Below are positions 54,497 through 63,472 of a stretch of 64,000 bases of DNA, in pieces. Position numbers and translations under genes: made by a program. Within the stretch, counting starts at the first letter, position 1; the number at the start of each line of letters is the position of its first letter. Source of the stretch: Candidatus Sericytochromatia bacterium (GTDB lineage Bacteria; Cyanobacteriota; Sericytochromatia; S15B-MN24; UBA4093); contig JAKFBU010000030.1 in assembly GCA_036676985.1 (NCBI GenBank), forward strand, positions 32,001 to 96,000, given 5' to 3'. The notes beneath the pieces are model-generated. The model made no database searches and had not been told where the DNA came from. It saw only the letters and a program-made list of their open reading frames with translations.

Positions 54497-55186
54497 CTAG
54501 GGTGCCTGATCCGGAAGCGACGGCTGCGCCGGCTTGAGGTAGTGGCGAACGAGCTCGATGGCGGTCGGCAAGAGGGAGACGATGATGACGCCCAGGATCA
54601 CGAGCTTGAAGTTCTGCTTGATGGCCGGCAGGTTACCGAAGAAGTAGCCGCCCAGGACGAACAGCGAGATCCAGAGCAGGCCGCCCGTGACGCTGAAGGC
54701 CAAAAAGCGGCGGTACGGCATCTGGCCGATGCCCGCCACGAAGGGAGCGAACGTGCGCAGGATGGGGGCGAAGCGCGCCAGGATGAGCGTCTTGCCGCCA
54801 TGCTTGTCGTAGAAGGCCTGCGTCCGGTCCAGGTGCTTGCGGTTGAGGAACTTGCTGTCGGTGCGGCTGAAGACCTTGGGCCCCATGAAGCGACCGATCC
54901 AGTAGTTGGCGGAGTCGCCCGCCACGGCGGCCACGAACAGCAGCCCCCAGAGCGTTCCGACGTCCATGAGGCCCGCACCGGCAAACGCGCCCGCCGCGAA
55001 GAGCAGGGAGTCGCCAGGCAGGAAGGGCGTCACGACGAAGCCCGTCTCGCAGAAGATGATCAGAAACAGGAAGAAGTAGGTCAGGGTGCCGTAGGCCTGA
55101 AGGATCTCGGCCAGGTGCTTGTCGAAGTGGAGGATGAAATCGAACAGGTGCATGACGAGGCTGAAGGGGACCTGAAGCAGTTCCAT
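54497..55186 (-). CDS. dedA: DedA family membrane protein
   Basis: FLPGDSLLF, GDSANYWIGR, ARFAPILRTFAPFVAG. Confidence 0.93.
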   Translation of the reverse strand: MELLQVPFSLVMHLFDFILHFDKHLAEILQAYGTLTYFFLFLIIFCETGFVVTPFLPGDSLLFAAGAFAGAGLMDVGTLWGLLFVAAVAGDSANYWIGRFMGPKVFSRTDSKFLNRKHLDRTQAFYDKHGGKTLILARFAPILRTFAPFVAGIGQMPYRRFLAFSVTGGLLWISLFVLGGYFFGNLPAIKQNFKLVILGVIIVSLLPTAIELVRHYLKPAQPSLPDQAP

Positions 55187-55211
55187 GGAAGCTCCTCTAA
55201 GAACGGTTGCT

Positions 55212-55247
55212 AAAAAATCGGGCGCCAGGTTGGCCCTGACGCCCGAT
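55212..55247 (-). terminator. Terminator after tRNA-Leu
   Basis: Minus strand ATCGGGCGTCAGG-GCCAA-CCTGGCGCCCGAT-TTTTT. Confidence 0.7.
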
Positions 55248-55257
55248 CATCAATGAG

Positions 55258-55338
55258 TGCGGAGGATGGGACTTGAACCCATACGGATTTCTCCACACGC
55301 CCCTCAAACGTGCGCGGCTGCCATTACGCCACCTCCGC
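55258..55338 (-). tRNA. tRNA-Leu (anticodon GAG), CCA not encoded
   Basis: GCGGAGG/CCTCCGC acceptor stem, CACGT-TTGAGGG-GCGTG anticodon arm, variable arm, GGTTCAAGTCC T-arm. Confidence 0.95.
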
Positions 55339-55350
55339 ATTGATGTGCCT

Positions 55351-55379
55351 ATTATGGCGAACTCTCGGGAGGTTGTCAA
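55351..55379 (-). promoter_or_regulatory. Sigma70 promoter of tRNA-Leu
   Basis: TTGACA-N17-CATAAT. Confidence 0.75.
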
Positions 55380-55452
55380 TGGGGTAAGGCAACATTGACC
55401 TTATGCTCGGCCCGACCTACACTCGGGCGGGGCGTCCTGAAAGGAGGAGCGC

Positions 55453-56019
55453 GTGCGGAGTACCCTTGCTTCCTTGGCCATCCTGGGGGCGTTGGCGCTT
55501 CCCGCCGGAGCCTCGACGCTGCCGCGGGCCGACCTCACCAGTCCGGACATGCGCTACTTCGGGATCGGGGTGGGCCATGCCCTGAGCGTGTCGGCCGACT
55601 TCGCCGTCACCCCGAGCTGGACGCTCGGCGCCTCCTTGGGCTCGGGCTTCTGGAACGACCCCGAGCCCTACCGTTACGACGTGCGCGCGGTGTACGCCTT
55701 CGTCAACGGGGGCCGCACGGCCCTGAGCATCGCGGGAATCCTCGGGATCTGGGGCGGGACGGCCTTCCAGAACCCCTACAACCTGGGCCACCTGCCGGTG
55801 CCCGAGGTCGGCTTCGGGCTCAGCTTCCCTTACCAGGCCTTCATCGCGCGCCTCAACCTGATCGTCCCCTACTACGGCCAGGTCGCGGGCCCCTACTTCT
55901 ACATGTTCGGGGGACCCGCGGGCGGCCTCGAGATCGCCTACCGGGTGCGCCCCTACATGGAGGCGACGCTCGGCATCAACGGCCAGGGCAACTACCTGGG
56001 CCTCAAGCTGGACTTCTAG
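55453..56019 (+). CDS. Putative outer-membrane beta-barrel protein
   Basis: Signal peptide, alternating beta pattern, C-terminal Phe (LGLKLDF). Confidence 0.7.
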   Translation: MRSTLASLAILGALALPAGASTLPRADLTSPDMRYFGIGVGHALSVSADFAVTPSWTLGASLGSGFWNDPEPYRYDVRAVYAFVNGGRTALSIAGILGIWGGTAFQNPYNLGHLPVPEVGFGLSFPYQAFIARLNLIVPYYGQVAGPYFYMFGGPAGGLEIAYRVRPYMEATLGINGQGNYLGLKLDF

Positions 56020-56080
56020 GCGCCCTGGCAAAGCCTTCAATCGCCTTGCGGGCGGGGGATCCGTACGCTACACTGTGGGC

Positions 56081-56485
56081 ATGAGGCACGCCCTACCGGC
56101 CCGCGCAGCGCTCACCACCGCGCTTATGCTCTCGCTCACGGCGCTTCCCGCCCGTTCCGAGCCCCAGCCCGGCTTCTCTCCGGCGCCTTTGCCGCCGGAG
56201 CAGGCGCTCTTTTCCGCCTTGCCCCAGCATGATCCCCGCATCGCCATGGGCCTGAGCCTGGCGGTCAACGGCGCGGGCCAATTCTACAACCACGAGTCCG
56301 CCAAGGGCTGGTGGATGCTCGCTCCTGTACTGGCCTATCCCGCCGCCTGGCTTCTCGACACGGCCCTCGGCGTGGGCTACTTCCGTGCGACCGACGCGAT
56401 CGTCATGGTGGGCACCAAGCTCTACTCGGCCTACGACGCCTACCGCGTGGCGGACGAGGCCGCCCGACGGGCCGAGAAGCAGTAG
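56081..56485 (+). CDS. Hypothetical exported/membrane protein
   Basis: Signal peptide; GAGQFYN..KG motif; SAYDAY. Confidence 0.65.
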   Translation: MRHALPARAALTTALMLSLTALPARSEPQPGFSPAPLPPEQALFSALPQHDPRIAMGLSLAVNGAGQFYNHESAKGWWMLAPVLAYPAAWLLDTALGVGYFRATDAIVMVGTKLYSAYDAYRVADEAARRAEKQ

Positions 56486-57808
56486 ATGCGATCGCTCCTT
56501 CTCGCCCTGGGCGTCGTCGCCCTCGTCGCACTCCCCGCCCAGGCGAGCCCCACCCTCTGGGGGTACGACGGGCTGGTGACCATGCCGGACGGACGCATCG
56601 CCAGGGACCGCGAGCTCGAGATCGGCGCGAACGCCCTCCAGCTCTCCAAGCGGCCGTTCGCGGTGACGGGCTTTGTCCGCTACGGCTTCTTCGACAGCCT
56701 CGAGACGAGCCTGGCCTACGGCGTGCCGGGCCACCCCTACGTGACAGGTGCCCTCAAGTACCAGCTGTTGCGCCCCACGCCGTCCGACCCGACGGCCGTG
56801 GCAATCGGTGCCAGCCTCCTCGGGGTGCCGACCGCAGGATCGATCGCGGGCAGCAACTACTTCCTCGCCGTGACCCGGGACCTCGGACGCTGGGGGAGCG
56901 TGCACGTGGGCTTCGAGGGCGACCTCGCCCTGAACTCCCGCCTGATGGTGGGCCTGGAGCTGCCCTTGGGGAGCCTGGGCCGCTTGATGGCCGAGGGGCG
57001 CGGACCGCAGACCGGATCGGCGCCCTTCGCGAACGTCGGCGCGGAGCTCACCCCCTTTCCGTGGCTCCGGCTCGGAGCCGGCAGCGTGGGCGAGCCGGGC
57101 GATTGGCTCGCGCGCGGCTACTACGCGGGCGGCAGCCTGCGAACCGTGCTCCCCGAGTACGGCCGCTGGTTCACCGCTCGGCCTTCCAGCCCGAAACCGA
57201 GCCCCGCGCCGAGCGGCACGCCGGCTCCGCGGCCGAGCCCCGCGCCGACAGGCACGGTCCAGCCTCCGGCCCTGCCCGCCGCGACGCTCATCGGGCGGGT
57301 GGTCGGGAGCGACGGCACGCCCCGGAGCGGCTACACGGCGCTCCTCGTCGGCAGCACCAAGCGGGCCATCACCAACGCCAGCGGCTACTTCTACTTCCTG
57401 GGACTGACGCCCGGCTCCTATCAGGTCCAGGTCCTGGACCGGTCCGGGAACCAGGTGGCGGTGGCCGGGGCCCAGCTATCGACCGAGCCCGTGACGGTCC
57501 AGGTGCAGGTCAAGGAGGGACGGCAGCCAGCGGAGGTGGAGCGGCGCGGCTCGGTGGCGGGCAGCGTCTCCGACGCGCAGAACGGCTCGCCGCTCTCCGA
57601 GGCTCGCCTGACGGTGGTGGGCAATGGCGTGAGCGTGCTCGCCGTGAGCAACGCCCAGGGCCGCTTCCAGGTCATCGATCTGCCGCTCGGGGACTACAAG
57701 GTTCGCGCCGAGCGCAAGGGATATCGTCCCGAGGCGCTAAGCGCCCGGATCGAGGCCGCGTCCCTCCATCCCCTGCTGAAGCTGACCATGACGCGCGAGC
57801 GCCCGTGA
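56486..57808 (+). CDS. YjbH-like beta-barrel plus Pro linker plus two carboxypeptidase-regulatory-like domains
   Basis: GYDGLVTMPDG N-terminus; TNASGYFYFLGLTPGSY and SNAQGRFQVIDLPLGDY. Confidence 0.7.
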   Translation: MRSLLLALGVVALVALPAQASPTLWGYDGLVTMPDGRIARDRELEIGANALQLSKRPFAVTGFVRYGFFDSLETSLAYGVPGHPYVTGALKYQLLRPTPSDPTAVAIGASLLGVPTAGSIAGSNYFLAVTRDLGRWGSVHVGFEGDLALNSRLMVGLELPLGSLGRLMAEGRGPQTGSAPFANVGAELTPFPWLRLGAGSVGEPGDWLARGYYAGGSLRTVLPEYGRWFTARPSSPKPSPAPSGTPAPRPSPAPTGTVQPPALPAATLIGRVVGSDGTPRSGYTALLVGSTKRAITNASGYFYFLGLTPGSYQVQVLDRSGNQVAVAGAQLSTEPVTVQVQVKEGRQPAEVERRGSVAGSVSDAQNGSPLSEARLTVVGNGVSVLAVSNAQGRFQVIDLPLGDYKVRAERKGYRPEALSARIEAASLHPLLKLTMTRERP

Positions 57809-58251
57809 TGGAGCCGCGCGCTGCCAGCTACCGGGTCCTCGCCGCCCTGAGCTACCTGCCGCCCGTCGCCGTCGGCGTGCTCGTGATGGCGGAGTATCGC
57901 TCGGTCCGTCACCTGCGCTTCCACGCCCTGCAGTCGCTCGCGCTCATGGTCCTGAGCTTCGGCGGGGCCATGCTGATCGGCTGGCTCGGCACCCTGTTCG
58001 GAAACCTGCCATGGCTCGGCTTCTTCCTGAGCGCGTTCCTGGGGCTGGCCATCTCGCTCTGGATGATGCTCATGCTCGGCGTCTCCGTCTATGGCGCGGT
58101 CACGGCCTACCAGGGCAAGAGCACGCGCCTCTGGCTGCTGGACCGCTACGTGCGCCGGCTCGATCGCTGGGCCGAGAAGCGCTTCAACCCGGCCGCCCCC
58201 GTGCCGGCGGAGCCCCCCAAGCGCAAGCGGCGCGCCGGTCCTCGCCCCTAG
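57808..58251 (+). CDS. DUF4870/Tic20-like membrane protein
   Basis: LAALSY, RFHALQSL, AYQGK; ATG overlaps the upstream stop. Confidence 0.75.
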   Translation: MEPRAASYRVLAALSYLPPVAVGVLVMAEYRSVRHLRFHALQSLALMVLSFGGAMLIGWLGTLFGNLPWLGFFLSAFLGLAISLWMMLMLGVSVYGAVTAYQGKSTRLWLLDRYVRRLDRWAEKRFNPAAPVPAEPPKRKRRAGPRP

Positions 58252-58302
58252 GCCCCGTTCCTTGCTTGCTTCCATTACAATGGGAGCAAGGAGGGGTCGA
58301 CC

Positions 58303-58911
58303 GTGAACCATGCCCTAGCCACCCGCCTCGCGGCCAGCCTCGTCGTCCTGCTCGTCGTCGGCTGCTCGGAGCCCGTCAAGACCGTCACGCTGAAGGGGAA
58401 GATCCGTCCGCCTTCCAGCGAGGGCGTCTCCGGAGCCCCCGCCCAGCCAACCGTCGCCAACACGCCCCTGCTGGTGTCCAACCTCGCAGGCACCCTCGCC
58501 AAGTCCGAGGCGGCCCGGGTCCAGAACGCGGCGGGCGACTTCTCCTTCGAGCTGCGCACCGACACCCTGCCCGCGGCGGGCGACTTCGTGAAGGTCGCCT
58601 GGGCGCACCCGACCCGGGGCGGGATCCTGCTCGAGCGGACCTACTCCCTCAACCACAACCAGACCGGCGAGATCGCGGGGGATCTCACGGACCTCGCGAC
58701 GCTGGTGACCTTGGGCCTCGAAAGCCTGCGCCAGACCCAGCCGGGACGCACGGTGAGCCCGCCCACCATGCTCGAGGACCAGCTCATCTCGGCAAGCACG
58801 CTGCGCAGCCGCTTCCAGACGCGCTACTACTCCTATCTCGGGGGCGGTGAGCCCGCTCCGGGTGCCGATGCCGACCTCGCGCAGGACAGCGCCGAGCTCC
58901 TCTTCAAGTAG
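58303..58911 (+). CDS. Hypothetical lipoprotein
   Basis: VVGC lipobox. Confidence 0.7.
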   Translation: MNHALATRLAASLVVLLVVGCSEPVKTVTLKGKIRPPSSEGVSGAPAQPTVANTPLLVSNLAGTLAKSEAARVQNAAGDFSFELRTDTLPAAGDFVKVAWAHPTRGGILLERTYSLNHNQTGEIAGDLTDLATLVTLGLESLRQTQPGRTVSPPTMLEDQLISASTLRSRFQTRYYSYLGGGEPAPGADADLAQDSAELLFK

Positions 58912-59007
58912 GCGGATCGACCAGGGATTTTCGTCCCCCAGGCCAAGCGATCGCAAAACCCTCGGTGCTAGGCTCCACCCCAGGAGTCCCTGTGCTGGAG
59001 GTCTGCC

Positions 59008-59646
59008 ATGGGAGCGTCGTTGTCCCGCATCCGCCCGAGGGTTCTGGCCGCTGCGATCGCCCTGATGACGCTCGCCGGCTGCGAGTGGCCGCGCGTCTCC
59101 CCCGAGAGCACGCTGTCCGGCCTCGTGGCCATCCGCGGCCAGGCGCTCCTGCCTATGGACTACGTGGTGGCGGCCGACTCCCAGCCGGCGCCGCGCAGCT
59201 TCCGCGCGGCGCTGGTCACCATGGAGGGCGCCACGCTCGCGGTCGGGACCATCCTGGACGCCGAGGGCAACTTCTCGGTGCACGTGCCCGCAAGCTCCCT
59301 GGCGGCGTCGCCCACCCTCTACCAGGTGGATCTGCTCGATCCGGGGCGCGCTCCGACCTATCGCGGCCTCATTCGCCTCACCAAGCGGCACCGCGAGGCC
59401 ACCATCACCCTCAACGGCGCCAGCAGCACCATCGCCCTGGCGGCCCGCGAGGCCTTGCGACAAGGCAAGGATCCGAGCAACTGGGCGCTCGATGCCCTCT
59501 TCAAGCACCCCCAGGTCCAAACCTTGGGGCTGCAGTACGCCAACCAGCTCGCCCGCTGGAGCAACGGCCCGACCATCGCCTCCGAGCCGCCCGCGCCCTC
59601 GGCGAGCAGCCTCGAGCAGGTCATGGCCCTCGCCGCCGGCCTCTAG
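59008..59646 (+). CDS. Hypothetical lipoprotein
   Basis: LAGC lipobox; RBS GGAGG. Confidence 0.7.
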   Translation: MGASLSRIRPRVLAAAIALMTLAGCEWPRVSPESTLSGLVAIRGQALLPMDYVVAADSQPAPRSFRAALVTMEGATLAVGTILDAEGNFSVHVPASSLAASPTLYQVDLLDPGRAPTYRGLIRLTKRHREATITLNGASSTIALAAREALRQGKDPSNWALDALFKHPQVQTLGLQYANQLARWSNGPTIASEPPAPSASSLEQVMALAAGL

Positions 59647-59757
59647 GCTCCTCCAAACTTTCAACGGAGCTTAAACCCACCTTCACCGGATCGACGTCAG
59701 TTCGGTCCGGCCCTCGTGCATATAGTGTTAGGAACAACACACGAGGAGGGTGGGAGA

Positions 59758-60339
59758 ATGATTCGTCAGCTGCGTTTTGCGCCGATGTTGGTGGCCCTGG
59801 GACTGAGCTTCGCCATCGCGACCGGCTGCGGCCAGAAGGCCATCAACCAGACCGACGAGCTGGACACCGACTCCAGCAGCTCGTACACCCAGACGACGAA
59901 CTCGTCGGGCCTGACCAGCAACGACCTGTTCATGGACACCTCGACGAGCTCGGCCACCTCGAGCGCCACGCCGACCCCGGCGCCGGTCGCCACCCCGACC
60001 CCGATGCCCGCGGCGACGCCGACGCCGACCCCCGAGCCGGTCGCCACCCCGACGCCCGCGCCCATCGATCTGGCCTACGCCCTGCGCGCCAAGGTCACCA
60101 GCACCGAGACCCACGGCATCCTCATGTGGAAGACGCTCGAGGCCAAGGTCCAGGTGATGAACCCCAGCTTCCTCAAGCAGCAGTCGGGCACCCTGGTCGT
60201 CACCTTCACCAAGGACGGCAACACCGTCGAGACCAAGCAGCTCTCCGTCGTGCTCGACCCGGCCGAGATCCGCGACTACTCCGTCCGCTCCAGCGACAAC
60301 GCGGATGCGGCGACGGCCAACGTGATCACCCAGCAGTAG
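59758..60339 (+). CDS. Lipoprotein with Ser/Thr-rich and ATPTP linker plus Ig-like C-terminal domain
   Basis: ATGC lipobox; ATPTP x4. Confidence 0.75.
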   Translation: MIRQLRFAPMLVALGLSFAIATGCGQKAINQTDELDTDSSSSYTQTTNSSGLTSNDLFMDTSTSSATSSATPTPAPVATPTPMPAATPTPTPEPVATPTPAPIDLAYALRAKVTSTETHGILMWKTLEAKVQVMNPSFLKQQSGTLVVTFTKDGNTVETKQLSVVLDPAEIRDYSVRSSDNADAATANVITQQ

Positions 60340-60367
60340 CGCCCCACGACCCACCGAGGAGACCGCC

Positions 60368-60853
60368 ATGCGTCACAGCCCCTACCTCTTAGCGGCGATG
60401 CTGGCGGCTTCCCTCTTGGCGGGCTGCACCGAGGAGATCATCACCACCCCGGACCAGAGCGCCTACCGCCAGGACACCACGACCAGCTCCTACTCGAACG
60501 TGCCCGCGAGCAGCAACGGGATCTACAACCCCTACACGGGTATTGCGACCACGAGCCAGACGGCCACCACGTCGACCACTCCGACGGCCGGTGCGCTCGT
60601 GCAGGCCCAGGTCACGGCCTCGACGCCGCGCGGGCTCTTCAAGAAGACGCTCGAGGTGACCGTACAGGTGTCGAACAAGGACACCGTCGAGCACTCGGGC
60701 TACCTGGTCGTCACCTTCACGGACGCGGCCGGCAAGACGGAGCTCGCGTACCGGTACGTGACGATCGCCCCCAATGGCTTGCAGTCGGTGACTGTTTCGT
60801 CGACCAATCCGGCCTCCTCGGGGTCGGTGGTGTTCAAAGAGCGGTTCTTGTAG
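60368..60853 (+). CDS. Lipoprotein, paralog of the upstream gene
   Basis: LAGC lipobox; KTLEVTVQVSN..SGYLVVTFT versus KTLEAKVQVMN..SGTLVVTFT. Confidence 0.75.
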   Translation: MRHSPYLLAAMLAASLLAGCTEEIITTPDQSAYRQDTTTSSYSNVPASSNGIYNPYTGIATTSQTATTSTTPTAGALVQAQVTASTPRGLFKKTLEVTVQVSNKDTVEHSGYLVVTFTDAAGKTELAYRYVTIAPNGLQSVTVSSTNPASSGSVVFKERFL

Positions 60854-60880
60854 CCTTCCGAGCGAGCGAAGACTCGTTCT

Positions 60881-60910
60881 ACCCCCCCTTCCCCCCCTGC
60901 TAGGGGGGCT
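60881..60910. repeat. C7/G6 homopolymer-hairpin dispersed repeat, copy B
   Basis: ACCCCCCCTTCCCCCCCTGCTAGGGGGGCT. Confidence 0.5.
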
Positions 60911-60952
60911 TTCTGTTGGCGGCATCCGGATAACAGCCGGCTGCGTGCTATC

Positions 60953-62026
60953 ATGACAGCCGATCGCCCGCAGTTCGAGAGGCCCATGACCGCCCCACTC
61001 CACGCCGTCACAGGTCCCATCCAGCCTCCCATCCGACCACCCGCCACCTGGGTGGCCGAGCACCTTGCCGTGCTGGGCGCCGAGTCGGTGCTGTGCCTCT
61101 TCACCGGCTGGGGAGCCGAAGCCCGGGCCCTCAAGAAGCAGGGGCTGACGGTGACCACCGCCGACCAGCTCGCCGCAAGCGTCTGGTGGAACCGCGCGTT
61201 TGTCGCCGCAGGCGTCGTACCCCTCAGCGAGCGCCGGATCAACGAGTGGTCCAAGCTCCGCAAGGAGCCGGAAGTCGTCAAGCGCTTCATGCCGTGGGCG
61301 AACCGCTACTTCACGCCCGAAGAGACGATCTGGCTCGGGATCTGGTACCAGCACATCCACCGCTCGGAGGCGTCGGTGGCCGAGAAGGCCATCGGGACGG
61401 TCGCCGTCTACTGGACGATCCGCTACTGGCTGAGCTGGAACCGGGAGGAGCTGGGCTTCAAGCCGCTTCCGCCCTCGGCGGTCTTTCGGCGCTACGTCGA
61501 ACAGGCGCATCGCCTGCTCGACCGCATGCAGGGGCTACCGCCGCACGCTCACCGAGCCGAGAAAATGGCGCCAGAAGCGGCGTTGGCCAATTTCCCGGGG
61601 GACCTGCTCCTTTGTTACGTCCCCCCGGTCGAGGGTATAGAAGCACTGGGTCTGGCGCAGCAACTCTGCGAACGATGGACTGGCGGGGATCCGACGGCTC
61701 CGCCGATGAGCTACCCGCAGGGAACGCTCGGAGGCGCCTTCGAGGATTCCAGAGCGCACCTCCAGGCGGTCTCCAGGCTGCTTTCCGGTGCTTCCGGACA
61801 CCGCCTTGTCGCCCTGTCCTACCAAGGCGACGTGGGAGAGGCGCTAGAAGCCCTGGTGGCCGAGAGTCGCCCGGTCCTGTCGCGCCAAGAGTTGCAGGTG
61901 CCATATCCGGACGCCGACGGTTCAAGTATAATCATCCAGGGTTTGCTAGTTGCAGGCTCACCGATGGCGGTCGAGCCAGGCATGAGGCGGGACACCGACG
62001 GCGCCAGGGACGAGGGGACAGAGTAA
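60953..62026 (+). CDS. Degenerate DNA adenine methyltransferase-like protein
   Basis: SVLCLFTGWG..LKKQG..VTTAD resembles motif I/II; YFTPEE; GDLLLCYVPP where DPPY is expected. Confidence 0.55.
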   Translation: MTADRPQFERPMTAPLHAVTGPIQPPIRPPATWVAEHLAVLGAESVLCLFTGWGAEARALKKQGLTVTTADQLAASVWWNRAFVAAGVVPLSERRINEWSKLRKEPEVVKRFMPWANRYFTPEETIWLGIWYQHIHRSEASVAEKAIGTVAVYWTIRYWLSWNREELGFKPLPPSAVFRRYVEQAHRLLDRMQGLPPHAHRAEKMAPEAALANFPGDLLLCYVPPVEGIEALGLAQQLCERWTGGDPTAPPMSYPQGTLGGAFEDSRAHLQAVSRLLSGASGHRLVALSYQGDVGEALEALVAESRPVLSRQELQVPYPDADGSSIIIQGLLVAGSPMAVEPGMRRDTDGARDEGTE

Positions 62027-62938
62027 ATGATTTCGGAAGGCAGCCTTCAGGACTTCAGCCTGAGCGATCTCTTGCAGATCATCAGCCTCAACGCGTCGAC
62101 CGGCGTGCTCCGCGTCGCGAGCGAGGGCCGCGAGGCCATGCTGTGCTGCCGCCAGGGCGAGATCGCCAGCGCCACCGCCCAGGACCTCTCCGCCGAGGAG
62201 GCCGTCTACGCCATCTTCCAGTGGGAGACGGGCACCTTCCAGTTCGACGCCCTTGAGCCCGTCGAGGCTCCCGGCAAGGTCTCGACGCCGCTTTCCGAGA
62301 TCGCCAAGGAAGGGATCCGGCGCCTGGATCAGTGGCGCTCGATCCGCCGCGAGATGCCCCTCTTGACCACCCGCGCCCGCTTCCGCAGCGAGCAGGCCCA
62401 GCTGGCGAGCTCGCTGACGCCCGCGAGCACCGAGGTCTGGGCCGCCATCTCGGGCACCGAGGGCCTGACCCTCGCCGAGATCGCCTCCTCCACCCACCTC
62501 AACGACCTCGCCGTCGCCCAGGGCCTCCTGGAGCTGCACCGCGAGGGGATGCTCCTCATCGAGACCTCGCCCGAGGAGGCCATGCGCTCCATGTTTCAGC
62601 GGGCGAGCGAAGAGGTCTACGCGCGCTTCGCGTCCATCTCGGGGCTCAAGATGACCGAGGGGCTCGAGACCCTCTTGAACCACCTCGCCCGCACCAAGGG
62701 CGTCGAGCTGCGCTGGCGCAGCGGCCTGGTCCAGGACGGCCTGCCCGGCTCTTGGTCCGCCGATGCCCTGCGGCCCGTCTACCGTGATTTCCTGATTTCC
62801 CAGCTGGAGTACGTGACCAAGATCCACGGTCCCGGCTTCACCGAGAAGGCGCTCGAAGGAGCGATCAGCGGCTTTTCCCCCGAGGAGAAGCAGGGCTGGC
62901 ACTCGCTGGAGCTGCCCGAGACCTTGACCGCCCGCTAA
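62027..62938 (+). CDS. DUF4388 (PatA-N-like) domain protein
   Basis: GSLQDFSLSDLLQII..TGVL..GEIASA..WETGTFQF..EGIRRLDQW. Confidence 0.8.
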   Translation: MISEGSLQDFSLSDLLQIISLNASTGVLRVASEGREAMLCCRQGEIASATAQDLSAEEAVYAIFQWETGTFQFDALEPVEAPGKVSTPLSEIAKEGIRRLDQWRSIRREMPLLTTRARFRSEQAQLASSLTPASTEVWAAISGTEGLTLAEIASSTHLNDLAVAQGLLELHREGMLLIETSPEEAMRSMFQRASEEVYARFASISGLKMTEGLETLLNHLARTKGVELRWRSGLVQDGLPGSWSADALRPVYRDFLISQLEYVTKIHGPGFTEKALEGAISGFSPEEKQGWHSLELPETLTAR

Positions 62939-62977
62939 TCGACCCGGGCGACCCCCGGCAGGAGGACACCGACACCC

Positions 62978-63460
62978 ATGGCCACCAAGAGCTCCAAGCA
63001 CCTGGTCCTGACCGAAGAAGGAATCCGAGGGATCAACAACACCCTCGGCAACTTCGTGCTCGACTCGGGAGCAAAGGCCATCCTCTTGATCGACAAGAGC
63101 GGCCAGATGATCGCCGCCCAGGGCGAGACCAGCTCGTTCGACACCATGTCGATCTCGGCCCTCATCACCGGGTCGTTCAACTCGACCAAGGCGATCGCCA
63201 CCCTCTTGGGCGAGGCCGAGTTCAAGACCATGTTCCAGCAGGGTCATTCCAGCTCGATCTACATGGTCGCCCTGTCCAGCCAGGACGTGCTGGGCGTCAT
63301 CTTCCCCAACCAGATCACCGTGGGCCGCATCAAGTACAAGCTCGATCAGGTCGTCCCCACGGTCGACCAGCAGCTGCAGGTCATGTACCAGCAGAGCCCC
63401 ACCACGTCCCCCATCAGGCCCGCGCAGGCGCCGGCGCCGAAGATCAACGACCTGTTTTAG
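62978..63460 (+). CDS. mglB: Roadblock/LC7 protein MglB (GAP)
   Basis: LLIDKSGQMIAAQG, GSFNSTKAIATLLGE.EF..FQQG; directly upstream of mglA. Confidence 0.88.
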   Translation: MATKSSKHLVLTEEGIRGINNTLGNFVLDSGAKAILLIDKSGQMIAAQGETSSFDTMSISALITGSFNSTKAIATLLGEAEFKTMFQQGHSSSIYMVALSSQDVLGVIFPNQITVGRIKYKLDQVVPTVDQQLQVMYQQSPTTSPIRPAQAPAPKINDLF

Positions 63461-63472
63461 GAGTGATAGCCG

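Noticed and set aside
55258-55338. tRNA-Leu as an integration site for an island
   Set aside because: No integrase and no duplicate of the tRNA 3' end seen in the window
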